Source: Azolla caroliniana (lineage: Eukaryota; Plantae; Polypodiophyta). From it: a stretch of DNA of 64,000 nucleotides. Under the pieces are notes generated by a model. It made no database searches. It was not told where the DNA came from and saw only the letters and a list, made by a program, of their open reading frames with translations. Positions 1 through 13,244 of this stretch are shown here, one piece after another. The translations under genes were made by a program, and so were the position numbers. The DNA lies in assembly GCA_043228905.1 (NCBI GenBank), contig JBHGNT010000001.1, forward strand, positions 8,680,001 through 8,744,000. Reading direction: 5' to 3'. The stretch's first letter is position 1. Each line of letters opens with the position of its first letter.

Positions 1-446
1 CCGAAGATGTAAGAGACTGAAGAGAAGAAGAAGAAGAAGAACATGGGGTCTCCACAAAACTCTGCGCGGTTCGCTGAACGTGCGATGCATCGCCTCGAAC
101 ATGACAGGTATGATCTTTTTAATCTTGAGAGAGACACGACAGAGAGAGACAGACAGACAGAGAAGGAGAGTAGAGAGTGCCCTAATCGTGCAAAAATACA
201 GAGTACCTGTTTTTATTCTCTGCCCCTTTCTCTCTCTATCTACCTCTCAGGCCTTTTGGTTCCTCGTTTCTTCTTGATTTCTTCCTATTTCCTATGCCTG
301 CTTACCCTTGACATTTTGAATCCTGTGTTATCTTTCTATACATCAATCCCCTTTATACTTTTTTGATCACATACTAGATTATATGTAGAACTCTTAAAAT
401 CCATTTGCCATTTGTTGCTCAACCCAAATGTGCATACATATATACA

Positions 447-2402
447 ATGGAGGGGAAATTAGAAGCACTTGTCCAGAAGCCTCTTCTCCTCATAGAGATT
501 GTGAGGAAGGCCGCCGAAGAGACCGAGTTTTTCAAACAGGATTGTGTTGAGATAACCCAGAAGATTGAGACCCTTGCTGAGCTCTTACAGAACTTTTCAC
601 GCCTCTTCCAGACAAACAATGCGTCCAGTTTATATGAACGCCCTGCCCAACGCATCCTCACAGAAGTATCTATCACTCTTGAGAAAGCTCTTGTTATTTT
701 GAAAAAATGCAAGAAGACTGAAATGATCAAGAGAATGGTCAATATCATGGCATCTGCAGATATGGGTAGAGTTAATAGTGCAATGGACTGTGCTATTGGT
801 GATGTATCTTGGCTACTGAGGATGTTTGCTAATAGCCAAGGTGGAAAGAGGGGAGGGATGGAAGGTTTGCCACCAATTGCAAGTACTGATCCTATGCTTG
901 CATGGGTATGGGGCCAAATAGCTCTTGTTCATATGGGTAGTCCGACAGAGAAGGAAGAAGGAGCAAGCTATTTGGCATCTATTGCATCTGATAAGGATCG
1001 GAACCGTGTGCTTGTGATTGAGGAAGGGGGGATCCCGCCATTGCTTAAGTTGCTTAAGCATGGGATTACCATCGGGGGTCGACTTGCTGCCCTTGATGCC
1101 CTCGGAGCATTAGGATCCAATAATGAATCAATGCAGCAAATCTATGAACAAGGAGCAATTCCTATATTCGCTCGAATCCTTCAAGATGGACCAACGAGAG
1201 TACAAGCAAAGGTAGCTTGGGCAATAGCTAAAATGGCCTCTCAAGCTCCTGATGCAACTGCATTCTCGACTGAGACTATCATCAAGCCCCTGGTTTCCCT
1301 CCTAGCCTTAGAGGCAATGGACACGGAGGCTCATAAGCTGAGTCGAGGCAATGCCATGTATTCTTCTGCAAGGATCAACACAATATTGAGAAGCTCCTCA
1401 GTTGTGGAGGAGAAAGTCGGGTGGAACCAGATGATGATGAGCACGGGTTCTGACACTGGAAAGCTCGATGATCAATGGGACACTAAGTCAACTCATTCTG
1501 ATATCTTCATAGATAAGAAATATCATGGGCTTTCAAGGAATCTCAGCCTAAGTACCTCAACACAAGATCTTACTTCCCAACATCCTCGCCATACTCGAGG
1601 TTTTAGTGACTCATACGACTTCCATGGGTTATCAAGACGAGAGCGCCAAAAAAAAGGATGGGAGAATGAAGACCCTGAGATCAAGAAAGAGCTCAAGATT
1701 CAAGTTACTTCGGCTTTGTGGAAACTGGCAGAGAACAATGTAAAAAATTGCAGGAAGATTGTTGAAACCAAGGCCCTTATTTGTTTTGCTAAGTTAATGG
1801 GAAAGGAGACTGATGAAGCCCTGAGGAAATCCGTGATGGCCGTAATGGAGATCACGGCGGCGGCTGAGAGAGATGTGGAATTCAGGCGGTTTGCCTTCAA
1901 GAAAAACTCCTTGTCTTCAAAAGCCATCATAGATCAGCTACTTAGGCTTATACAAAGTGGGCCAGCAGATGTGCAAGTTCCATGCTTGAAAGCTATCGGA
2001 TCCTTGTCACGAATTTTTCCGGACAAGGAAACAAAGGTAATTCATCCTCTGGTACACCAGTTAGGAAATGCAGACCCTGAAGTGGCTGCCGAAGCTGCTC
2101 GTGCTCTTGAAAAATTTGCACATACCAGTAATTTTTTGCATCTAGAGCATTCCAAGGCCATTGTGGATGCAAACGCAGTCCCTCTCCTTGTTCAACTCGT
2201 CGGCTCAGATCATGACAAAGATATCCAAGTGCCGGCCCTGATTCTACTATCCTATCTAGCAATGCATGTGGGGGATACTGATGTTTTTCGTGAGTGTTTT
2301 ATACTTAAAACACTCAAGAATCTTGCTCGCACCAACGTAGCTCAAATACAATCAGTCCATGATGTGCTTTCTAATGCAATACAACAACTTGAGCTCTATT
2401 AA
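447..2402 (+). CDS. ARO: ARMADILLO REPEAT ONLY (ARO)-like protein, ~651 aa, no intron in this segment
   Basis: Long ORF, first ATG at 447. ARO-type motifs: N-terminal AEETEFFKQDC/LYERPAQRI, LPPIASTDPMLAWVWGQIA, ARM repeats (IEEGGIPPLLKLL), EDPEIKKELKIQVTSALWKLAENN, C-terminal AARALEKFAHTSNFLHLEHSKAIV. A possible extra 5' exon is described in findings. Confidence 0.85.
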   Translation: MEGKLEALVQKPLLLIEIVRKAAEETEFFKQDCVEITQKIETLAELLQNFSRLFQTNNASSLYERPAQRILTEVSITLEKALVILKKCKKTEMIKRMVNIMASADMGRVNSAMDCAIGDVSWLLRMFANSQGGKRGGMEGLPPIASTDPMLAWVWGQIALVHMGSPTEKEEGASYLASIASDKDRNRVLVIEEGGIPPLLKLLKHGITIGGRLAALDALGALGSNNESMQQIYEQGAIPIFARILQDGPTRVQAKVAWAIAKMASQAPDATAFSTETIIKPLVSLLALEAMDTEAHKLSRGNAMYSSARINTILRSSSVVEEKVGWNQMMMSTGSDTGKLDDQWDTKSTHSDIFIDKKYHGLSRNLSLSTSTQDLTSQHPRHTRGFSDSYDFHGLSRRERQKKGWENEDPEIKKELKIQVTSALWKLAENNVKNCRKIVETKALICFAKLMGKETDEALRKSVMAVMEITAAAERDVEFRRFAFKKNSLSSKAIIDQLLRLIQSGPADVQVPCLKAIGSLSRIFPDKETKVIHPLVHQLGNADPEVAAEAARALEKFAHTSNFLHLEHSKAIVDANAVPLLVQLVGSDHDKDIQVPALILLSYLAMHVGDTDVFRECFILKTLKNLARTNVAQIQSVHDVLSNAIQQLELY

Positions 2403-2755
2403 GGAGCATCGAATTGATTGACTGCATCATACTCTTTGATATGGACATGTTAATTTACTCCAATAGTTGTAATAGGAGATGTCCAAGCATTTTGTTAGAT
2501 TATAAGATTTCAGATGCCACATAAATATGTTTATGTTTGCATTTATAGTATATTAATTCACAATGATGGTCGGTGCTTAACTGGAGCACCAGTGTTGTGA
2601 AGGATGCTAATCTGCGTCTATCTTGTGAAGCTAGTCAGTATTCTTCCATTGTATGGATTGTATACGGAACAAGATTCCAATTTCTTAAAGCAACAAACCC
2701 ATGATCACTAGGACAAGTTTCAGTGAGAGAACTCTTCTTATCTATTATCTTTACC

Positions 2756-3011
2756 TAAAAAAGAAATCTGTCTCCTAAGTTAATGGATAAAAAGCTGTCC
2801 ATTTCAAGTCATTTGTTGAGTGCTCATCCAATCTAAGCACATCTTATTGTATCATGTTGAATAATGTATATTGTTCTATAGTTTAAAAAAGAAATCTATG
2901 CCCTAAGTTAAAGGATAAAAAGATGTCCATTTCAAGTCATTTTGTAGTGCTCCTCCAATCAAAGCAGATCTTGTCATATCATGTTGAATGATGCATTTTG
3001 TTCTGTAGTTT
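2756..3011. repeat. Two-copy ~128-bp tandem duplication downstream of ARO
   Basis: TAAAAAAGAAATCT...GTCCATTTCAAGTCATTT...TATCATGTTGAAT...TAGTTT occurs at 2756 and again at 2884, diverged. Confidence 0.85.
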
Positions 3012-3609
3012 GACGTGCATTTATTGGGTCCTTTGTGATAACATACTGTGGCTGCAAAAAGGTTTGAAAGTTTTGTGGGAATAAGTTGACATATGTGAAA
3101 TTGGCTGGAGAGAGTATACAAAAAAGCCGTAGTTTTGGAAAATATGCTTGATATATTTGGGAGTGGAGACTAAGAAGAGAGAAAGAAAGATATAGCAACG
3201 TCTCTTAGGAGGAAAAAATGGCCTATAAGACCAAACAAGAGATTACATCTTAAAATGTTGAGAGAAAGAAAGTTCTATTAACATCCATGGGAATGCAAAT
3301 CAGACTGATCGTATCAGTCTTGAATCGAGGACAGTATATGTGCACTAAAATTGCTGCAATTCATATATATGTTAGAGCAATGAAAAGTAAAAAGCAATAT
3401 TCTTGATGAGGGTACCATAAATTATCATGTGTACTCTCATATATATGGCTACATTACAATGATACACTGCCCAGTAACCTTGTTTTCTGCCTTCATAGAC
3501 TTTTGACAAATCTTGCTTTCTATTTTTTAATTGTTCCACATCTCTACACTTATATGTCTTGAAGAGACTGTGTTGCTTCACTCGTTTGATTTTTTTCTTG
3601 TAGGTTGTA

Positions 3610-4720
3610 TAATATTATCTGTTTCCTCTCGAGTCCTGACACCTGCAAGGGGATCACCTATGTCTATACCTATTCTTCAGGTGAAAGCAATTTATGGGTA
3701 AAGATGTTAATCACAGAGCACAGAGCACAGAAATGCACCATCATGGAGATGGCTCAAGCAATGCCATCCATCGCTGTATTGGATGTTCCGGCCTGAGGCT
3801 TCCTTCAAAATAGGCAACATCCAGAACTGATGGTCTGCCTCTGCCGTAAAAAATATTCTTTTGGATGCCAATCCACATACCCAAGGAGCAACAACAAAGG
3901 CTAGCTGCAAAGGTTGATTTTACTCAGGTATGGTGTGGAATCAAAAGGTTTCCGCCTTCATGATCTGGAAATGACATTAAGAATGGTAAGTCGTGATTTT
4001 ATCTTCATTGAATCATGTCTCTCAGCCTCTGTTGATGGGAGCCATTTTCCATGAACACATCTATGCGTATTCCTCTGCCTTTTCTGATTATGACATCCCA
4101 TCTCATCATCCTCTGTAAGGAGATACAAATTCATCATGGGATTATTCCTTTGTATCTTCGTCAGCTGGAGTTCATGAAATCAAAAACAGGATTGAAGTCA
4201 GTTCACTACTCTCAGCATGCAGAGGAGCAACAAATCTTTGAGGGGGGGCAATTTGTTAACTTTCCCCCGATGACCTGCATTTATCTACAGCAACCAAGCC
4301 TGCTTCAATGGATGAGGCATGAGATACTATGCAGGCAGGCTTGGAGGCAAATAATAGCAACGATTATTGTGAGGTAGTACATTGGCCTTCCAAGTTCAAG
4401 CTAATTGGTGTAATGTGTCTTTACAAAACCAAATACAGAGTCCACAAAGCATTGGGTAAGATTCAAGCACCTTGTGATAACAGGGCTATTCTCAACAGTG
4501 TGTGTGGATTTTGATGAAGACCTTTAATTACACAGATAATACCCAATCACAACATCTTATCTCTTGCTGCTAGTCATGGATGCCTGTGTTTCAGATGAAT
4601 GTCAAAGCATGTCTTTCTCAATGGAGTTCTCAGGCAGGGATTATATGTGAGAACCATTACTTGGTTTCTCCATACGTGTTAATGAGGATTGTATGCTATT
4701 GGGTGTCAGCTAAGCTCTAC
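3610..4720 (+). pseudogene. Highly decayed Ty1/Copia integrase-RT remnant
   Basis: Broken frames give GVESKGFRLHD..VSRDFIFIE (end of integrase), LIGVMCLYKTKY, GYSQQ..DFDE and LAASHG..FQMNVK..FLNG (Copia RT motifs). No LTRs seen; boundaries approximate. Confidence 0.7.
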
Positions 4721-6611
4721 ATCAATTGAAAGTGGTGTGAGTCTTCAATTCAAGAGAAAGCGTCAAAAGTTTTTAAACACATAAGCTGGAACCAAAACCT
4801 TATTCTTGTGAACCTTGAAACTAGCTCAAAACTGAGAAAAGCGTATTCAAGATCCACCTTGGTGAGGTAAAAATAAAGCCTCAGCATGGTTAGGCTTCCT
4901 TGTTCAGTGGAAGTTAAACCTTACTAGTTTTGTCAGGTAAAAGACAACAGATGCAGAGCGTTGCTTTCAACTGCCAAATGACATGAGTGATATCTGAAGA
5001 ATGAAATGTCAATATGTCATTGAACATATCCATCTGTATCGATGTGAACGATCCCAGAGTACACTCTCAGATTTGTCATTTGATCTCCTATCATCAAGTT
5101 AATGAAATTGCTTGTGTGTTCTCAATATCATTTGGACCTATAGAAGTAAGCTATGTTTGTTGTTTATATGGACAACTTTAAGTTAACACTTCTTTGTTCA
5201 ACTCATCGGATATCTAATGAGAATATTCTTAAAAGAAATTTTAACCGATGTGATTGTGCCTTGTATTGCTGAGTCATCTAATCAATTTGTTTTTGTTCTG
5301 TTAGTGTAGAGCGCTGTTGGGTGCCTTTCCACCTTTAATGTAGATTGTACTAAAGAGTGATTAAGAGAAAATTGCATGATACATGCATATTTTGTACAGA
5401 GACTTGTGTGGGAATAATCTCTCCTTTGTTACACCATAAATCATGTGGACAATTACCTCTAACTACAATATAATTGGTATAGAAGCAAATGTGCAACAAA
5501 AGAGTAAAAGGCAAATTTGATGAAATACACGGAGGATGACCATATGTTTGAAAGCATACAAATATAGATTATAGATATTGTTAAGGTTACTACCTTGAAA
5601 AAATTAGTGCTTATAAACAATTCTATATATCAGTACTTTAACCATTCTATAATTTCACATTATACTATTATAGATTTAGATATTTACTTACATGTACATA
5701 CATGGACAGCTGTCTGTAGTAGTGGAGTCACTTTAGATGTTCTTCTAGCATCTAAGTGGTCACTTGACATAGAGGCATTGGGCCATGTACATACATCTTT
5801 GTGCATTGTGCCACTCCAACTCAACAAGTTTTTTTTTCTCCAGATCTTATTGATATAAGGGTATAACTGTGAGAGCTTATGCATGTGACAAGTATCAAAA
5901 AGGTGAGGCAATCAATTATCAAACGTACATCACTGAATTGTATACCACATTAAGTTTCCCACTCATGGCTAGTTGCCAAATCTTAGTGCCAATATCTGGG
6001 AAGATCCAAGGTGTTTTAGGTAAAGGATGCCTATGAGACATCCCAATGATCATGGTTACTAGCAACCTCTCCATTGATCTCAAAACATCATAGGAACACT
6101 CAAATCAATTTTGGTGATCTAGGACAAGACCTTGCATTTGAATTCCATATCAACAAACCAGAACTTAATGTGGATCATGAAACTATGGCATGCCTCCTTA
6201 TTAGCCCACCAAATCTTTACATATCCTAGTCTATTTATCCGCGGCCAATTTTCCCAAGCTTAGCAATTAGCCCATTGTACTTGTATCCACATGTTTCAGC
6301 ATGCCCCACAAATTCTGCTGAAAGTACACACTGGCCACTAAGTAGTCTTTATGATCACAACATTAATACAATCTATACAAAATGCCAAAAGTAGTGAATT
6401 TCAAATTTACAGTGAGGTTACATTCTAGCCTTCTACCGCCACCAAATTGAGGTAGTAGTTATCGTATAATGTTCGTTCACCCTTCACAAGCACACCACAA
6501 GAAGGAAAAAAGGCATATATTTCCTCAGGTGAATCAAGTGAGTGACGTGCAAACCATTTAAAAGAAACTTGTTATCACCCTTAAAAAAAGTGTACTACAG
6601 AAAAAAAAACA

Positions 6612-9286
6612 CTATTGCCAAGTCATCTGCTTGAAGCCAGGTCTATTATATTGGTCGAACCCGCCATCGGGATCTTTTCTTTTCAATACACCACCACCTG
6701 ATGATAATGATGATGTCGATGATGATGACGACGATGATGATCCAGGTTGTGGGTAAGGAAATTGAATATTACATCCGCCATCTCTGGTACGCACATCAGG
6801 GCCAGCATTTAAGTCTAGGTTAGGTCTTACCCAAGAAGCAACACCCAAATCTCCTCCTTGAGTTTCTCCACCCATGCTGCTTATAAGGTAAGGCCGTACA
6901 TAGTGTGAAACCTGGGCTGGACCACCTGTCGGAAAAGGAAGCATCATTGAAGAGGTGACGACATGGGGTGCTGTAATAGTAGCAGCGCTTCCATTGTTGT
7001 ATGTAGATGTTCCATTGTTGTATGTAGAGGTTACATTGTTGTATGTAGAGGTTACATTGTATGAAGAAGCAGAAGGAGGAAATCCGACCCCAAAAGGAAA
7101 GCCGCCATATGAGAAAGTGGGTGGAATTGTCGTGGTGTAAGAGATACCTGAAGTAGCACTAGCTGGATATATGCCACCAGTATTGTGAGGCCCAAGGCTT
7201 TGGGCTGTGGTGAAAATAGGCCTTGAACTCTGTATAGAGTATACGGGGTCTGTTCTATGGGTAGAAAATGAAGGAACCATCATCGTTGAAGGAACAGAGC
7301 TCGCCGGATAATAATACCGGCTTGCATCTGCTTGATTCTGAATCAAGCCCACAACGCCAACGCCAGAAGCTGGCATTCTAGCATTATCAACATCCTTATG
7401 CTGCCGATGATACAGAGTAGCCTCTTCTTGATCCAAACCAGGCCCATCATTCAAATCAAAGTCAAGAATCACTCGAGGAGCACCACCATTACTCTCTGGA
7501 ACTGTGTTTGGAAAAGAGACCATGCTCTCTTCACTTTCATCTACCTGATTCAGATCCAACTCCGGCCTTAATGATGTCAAAGGAACATTGTTAGATGAAT
7601 CTTCCATGCCTCTTTCATCCACAATATTAAGGTCGATATCCAGGAACCGATTTGCTTGTTTAGCACTCTGGCAAGAATCAGCTGTCGTTGTATTGGTTGC
7701 ATTAGTATCCAGAGCAAGTTGCCAAGTTTCGGCAGTACGGCGTGGCTCAGCAGGTCGAAATGCACTTGTAGCAGCAGATCCTTTCCAGCCTAGATCTCCA
7801 TTCATTCTGACAAGATCAGATGGAGGTATGAAAGCCCCTTTGGTGGCTGAAACAGTGGCAACCAAGGCTGCAATTGAGTTAGTCTGAATAGATAGGTTTG
7901 ATATAGGGGGGTCAGAGGACATTACAACAGGACTTGAACTTGGCTGCTCATTGTTATCAAGAGTGGCCTCTTCTGTATCAAACCCTTCATTCAGATCAAA
8001 TACTGGTCTATCCACATCTTTGCTTCCAAGCTTTTTAGTACCAACGGATAATGAAGCAACCTCACCATCTATTGCAGCTTCCTCCACAGGGGGAAGCTCT
8101 GAATCTATAGATTCCACAGGTACTGTGGACACATCAATATTGCTTATCTCCTTGTTATCAGAGCCACAACCACAATCAAGTACATTTTCTAGATCTGACC
8201 TCATGTTCTCTTTATCGCTACAGTGTGAAAAAGATTCTTCTACTTCATTTTCGCTTACTGCCGTTTGAATCTTATCCATATCAGCCTCTCTTTTTTGTGG
8301 ACGGCTTTCTAAGTCCACTGCACTAGCATCAGCATCTGATGCATCATCACTAAGAGGTCTTTCAATTCCTTTGTCTTCAACACTTACATCAGTGCCAGCA
8401 TGAACAGTCAGACGATTTTTCATTTCCTCACAGGCAGGTTCCTCTTCATGTTCATCTTCGGAAGGCCTGGTTTGTCCCTCAAACTCTCTTTCATCTTTGC
8501 AAGGGCTAGTTGAGACATCATCATGTACCTTGGAGTTGTTTGTGCCTTTGACTTCCTGTTTGACTTCTTTCGCTGCCTGTCTGGATATCTCAAGAGGATC
8601 TTCTTCCGACTGTTCTGAGGGGTTAATCATGCCAGCATTTGTGAAAGCTAAAGCTTCTGCTGTAAAGGTATCCAAAATAGGTGATATTGGTCTTGCACCC
8701 TTTAAAGACGATGTTTGTGCATCATCAGGATTTTCACCCATAGATCTCTCACTATCAAAAGTGGTTGTGGTAGTTACTGTCAAAGTTCTCCCACTACCAA
8801 ATGCAGTTACAGTGTTTTGTTTCAACGATCTCCTGCTATCAAAAGCGGTAGTGGTGGTTTGTGACAAGGATTTCTCACCATCAAAAGCGGATGACATCTT
8901 ACGTCCCAAAGATCTCTCACTGTCAGAAGTGGTTGTTGTAGTTTGTGGTACTTCCATCAAAGAGTTAACATTACCCATATCAGTAGACAATACTGGTATG
9001 TTCGCTTCACTACCAGCTTCTCTTGTCAAAACTTCTGGTTGAATATTATGAACACAAGATTCCATCATTATAGACTGATCACACACTTCTTTGCCAGTTG
9101 GTGAAATTGAATTCTTGATGTCTGCTACGTCTTTTATCAATTTTTCGTTGCCTAACTCCGAACTATTTAGCATCCCTTGGGGGTCTACTACTAATTCGAC
9201 AGCCTCTTGAGGTGTTGACACTTTCTCAGATGTAGCATTAGACTCCAAGGATCCATTTATGGTATCTTCTTCCTTGCTTTTCACAC
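6612..9286 (-). CDS. SUO: SUO-like BAH/TFIIS-N protein, exon 4 (last); low-complexity C-terminus with repeated DLN (EAR-like) motifs
   Basis: Acceptor TTTTAG|GT at 9287/9286 is phase 1, matching exon 3. Motifs FDLNE, LGWKGSAATSAFRPAEPR, LDIDLN, LDLNQ, FDLNDGP, LDLNAGP. Stop at 6612-6614. Confidence 0.85.
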
Positions 9287-9580
9287 CTAAAAACATAAGA
9301 CAATCAAATATCAGAATACATAGAAGCATAGTATGAACCATACATGCATTCGCATTCGAGTATGGTAAACACCCTCGAAGTATGATAAATACCATACTTT
9401 TGCATTTCTTATTTGCTATAAGGTAAAACCTTTTTTAAGGTAAAAAAGTGAAAAAAACATAAGTATGTTTTCATAACATACACACTTGTTTGCAAATGTT
9501 TGAGCAGAAGAATGTGAATATTACGTTTTATACATTGAAGTAATTATAATAGTAAAAGCAACAGACAATGCAATATATAC

Positions 9581-11504
9581 CATCGTTCTGTTCTAGGTTG
9601 TCGCATGCTGGTTCAGTTGAAACCATCGCTTGCATTGTGGACTCCATTTCAAGGTGAGAACGCCCTTCTCTACCAACAGAGACTTTCTCATGTTCAGGCC
9701 CTTCTGATGTTGCTACACTTGCTAATAAACCAATCCCACCTTCCATAGTGTCAGTGGAATGTCTCTCGAGGCTTGGGTTAGAAGTATTCGGGATATCAGT
9801 AATGAGTTTAGAAATTGGGGGTACACTTTTTATAATTTCCGCATGTGCACTCTTTATTGTTACCATGTGTGCATCTGATGAACCTTTGCCACTAGTCTGT
9901 TCCCTGGGTTTTTTCTCAACACCAAATGATCTGCAATGGCCCTCATCCAGTGTATCAGTCTCTGACCTATCTATTTCTTCTTTACAATCAGCCTTAGAGC
10001 TCCTCCTATTGGTATAATTGCTACTGCCACCACATTTGGCATCCCCACTAGTGTCTGGAGAATGAACAGGAGCTTTGCTACTTACATTAACAGAATCATG
10101 TTTATCTATTGAACCTGGTGAAGACAACCTATTGTTGGCTACACCAGTTGTATCAACAAAAGAGCCACCATTAACACTATGAGCTGGACTTCGTGCTGGA
10201 TTTGGGATCCGTACTATTAACCTTTGACTATTATTTGTTTCGGCTCGGCCTCCTCCATCACCCATTCCTTTATCCACCACTGTAGAACTGGCCTTATCCG
10301 TTGTAGAGGCTTTGTGCCTGCCACTTGTATCTCTTTGAAGTCTTGGAGAAAGAGTTGTATGACTCTTGCTAGAATGGCTATGGCCGGTGCGCACAGATGT
10401 GGCAGAGGATCGATTAGCCAAAGATGAAACGGGGGTCTTCGCTTCTTCCTTCAAGGACCCGACTCCTTTTCCCGAGCCACTACACCAAGACTGGCTATTA
10501 GTATGTGATTGGCTAGAGCTGCAGCTTTTCTCTTCCTTAATAGGAGCTAGCACTTCATTTGTCACACTAGTGTGTGGCTTCACAGCATTATCTTTAGGTG
10601 TGAGATGTGGAGATGGATTAGACTTCGTATCTACAGTAGAACCACAGCCATTTAAGGACAGTTTCATGGTTGGATTGGTCTTTGCTGATCGCCCTTTTAT
10701 ATTCTGAGTCTCATTAGCAGCCTTAGAAGACCAAGTTGTTGTGGTATTCAATCCAGACTTGCCCTCATCTGAAGAGTTCATCTCTGATTCAACTCGCTTT
10801 TTCCATGTGTCAACAAGTTTCCTTGCTTTCTTTTGGATTTCAGTATTCTTGTAGCTCTTGAGGTTATTAACAGACTTTCCAACCAAGCATGTTTTCAATG
10901 CATCCAAATCCACTGGCAATTTATCTAGTGCACGAAGTAAGGTCAACAACAGATCCTCTAATCCTTTGTCGCTCTCTTTGGGACTTCCATCTCCGAGCTT
11001 TCCCTTATGAGCTTCTTGCAACCAGTCATCTAGTACAGAAAGAGCTCCTAGTTGGACGAGGTGAGTGAGGCAGTCTTCCCTCTCTGTTGCCGCAATAATT
11101 CTTGCCAGCAATACTCTACGAGAAACAACATCAGCCATCTTTTTATTACCTTCGCTCCGTTCCTGGATCATCACTTGAACGAGCTGTTCCACTAATGATG
11201 TGTTAGAAAGGCCTCTTTCCTTATCCTTATCAGCAAAAGCTGCAAAATCCTCGAATCGCATCATGATGTTTTCTCTTTTCGAATCAGTTTCCTGCACCTT
11301 GACAAGCTTATCACGCTTTCCTGAATCCACATTCTGATCATTTCTGTCTCTCTTCTTTCCTCTCCCTTGATTAGAAAGAGCCACATCAGCTTTCGATGAA
11401 GTGGGTGTATTTGAAGCCTTCTGAGAGATCCCTTGTGAATGTGTACTCGTTTGCATCTCGTGTTTGGTTTTATCCAACAATTGGTCTACTTCTGCCTGAT
11501 GTTC
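9581..11504 (-). CDS. SUO: SUO-like protein, exon 3 (TFIIS N-terminal domain)
   Basis: Acceptor CCACAG|GAA and donor G|GTATAT. Motifs LDDWLQEAHKGK, LLRALDKLPVDLDALKTCLVGKSVNNLK..EIQKKARKLVDTWKKRV, RLIVRIPN, GIGLLASVA. Confidence 0.88.
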
Positions 11505-11595
11505 CTGTGGTATATTGAATAGTATAACAAATGTTGAGCATTTTTTGCTCACATCATGTTTGAATAATTCTAAGATACAGGTCTGGACTACTTAC

Positions 11596-11964
11596 ATCTG
11601 TATAGTCTTGCTCGGTGAGCCAATACAAGCACTTATTTGCAGTATCATAAACCCGCCTACATATGAATGAAGGAAGACCCGGAGGAAGGTCAATGCCCTT
11701 TCGAAGGAATGCGACTTTGCAAGGGTGAAGCAAATATGCTGCCGATATCTCATCCTTGTGAAAGGAATAGAAGATTTCGTTCGGTGCCGCCTCAACTGAA
11801 GCACCTTTGCCTAGTTTGAGTTCACTGGGTCTATATAGCCAATTCACACAAAGCTTCAAGTTTCCCTCTTTATCTGTTCTAAGCTTTCTAATTATCCCAA
11901 TAAAAGGGGGAGCATTTTCAGCCTGAAACAGTGCACAATCTCCAACAGAAATCTTACGACCAGC
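11596..11964 (-). CDS. SUO: SUO-like protein, exon 2 (BAH domain)
   Basis: Acceptor AACAG|GCT and donor GAT|GTAAGT. GRKISVGDCALFQ..PPFIGIIR..VNWLYRPSELKLGKG..PNEIFYSFHKDEI..LHPCKVAFL..FICRRVYD. Confidence 0.92.
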
Positions 11965-12938
11965 CTGTTAATCAACATAAAAAATTAGATATCAAAGGCA
12001 ACAGGCTTTGTTCAGAGTCGAAGACCCATTATCAAAACATGAAAAAAGTACATATAACAAAGATAAGTCTTTAGTCTCTTATGAATAATGCCTAAAAGGC
12101 GACGTAGATAGATCGCTCAACACAATAGAACATAATTTTCTTTTGTATGCAGTTAACCCAGAGATGAATATGCAAATATGAAAGACAGTTGCTTTTAAAA
12201 TATTCAAAACATCCCAACTTTGTTACTATAATATCTGTTGCAACTTAAAGAAGTAACATTGGACCACTTATTAGCCCACTAATATATTGGGCTTTTGTAG
12301 CTTTGTTTTATAGGAAATAAATAAAGTAGTCATTAAATTTCATGAATCATGTTTGAGTGATTTATCTGTGCTTATTCTATGGCGATAAACACAACTAGTG
12401 TCAGCTAGCATCCAGACCATGAAGAAATTTACATCTCTTCAAAATCCAAAGACTGTTCAGATTTTTCATGATTACTGCAATTGAGACGGGGGCAACATCC
12501 AAGTTATGGTAAAGAGATTAATTAGGGCTACTAAATTTCAAACTAAAAAGAAGTGGATTCCTCCAACAGATAACCCTAAAAAATTTGGTATGGAGACAAG
12601 TTAGGCCTACTAAATTTCAAATTTAATAGGAGCTTTGATTAGGAATTTCATATTCAGCAATGAGCCTTTAACTACTTGCTATAGAAAGAATTTTGTAATC
12701 CTCATTAATCATAATTTCTATAATACATGAATAGAAACTCCTATCGATTCTTTCTATTTCACTCAATAACTGATTAATCGAATTGGAGCTCTGCTCCACT
12801 TTCTTGCCGTTGATCCACACCAAGATTAAACGTCAATTCCCATCCAGGATATTACGACTTAAAATCCTACCTTGGAGTTTACAAATTAAATTTTAATTTG
12901 AGAGGGCACATATTCCACCATTGGATGTTAGCTATATA

Positions 12939-13201
12939 CATCAGTCATAAGTTTACACATTAGCTTCGCATAAATCATAAGTTTCCCCGTTGTTTATGCA
13001 TCAATCACACATGTTTTTCCTAAATAAATCATAGTTTTTGTGTTTTCGTACATTAATCATATGTTTAAATGTTAGAAATACATCAATCATATGTTTATGT
13101 GCTGGATATTGCATCAAACTTTTATTTGCATCAATGATAAGACTACATGGTAGTTATGCATCAATCACCTAGTTGATATATTATACATAAATCACATGTT
13201 T
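12939..13201. repeat. Degenerate ~30-bp minisatellite (~10 units, core CATCAATCATATGTTT) in SUO intron 1
   Basis: Cores at 12939, 12969, 12999, 13023, 13051, 13081, 13112, 13129, 13159 and 13186, with variable linkers. Confidence 0.7.
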
Positions 13202-13244
13202 ATATGAGGTAAATTACGAAACAAATTATGAGAAGAATACTCAC

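Noticed and set aside
9287-9580. ORFs 6612-9395 and 9528-11552 as separate genes
   Set aside because: Canonical GT-AG intron with matching phase joins them into one SUO-like gene.
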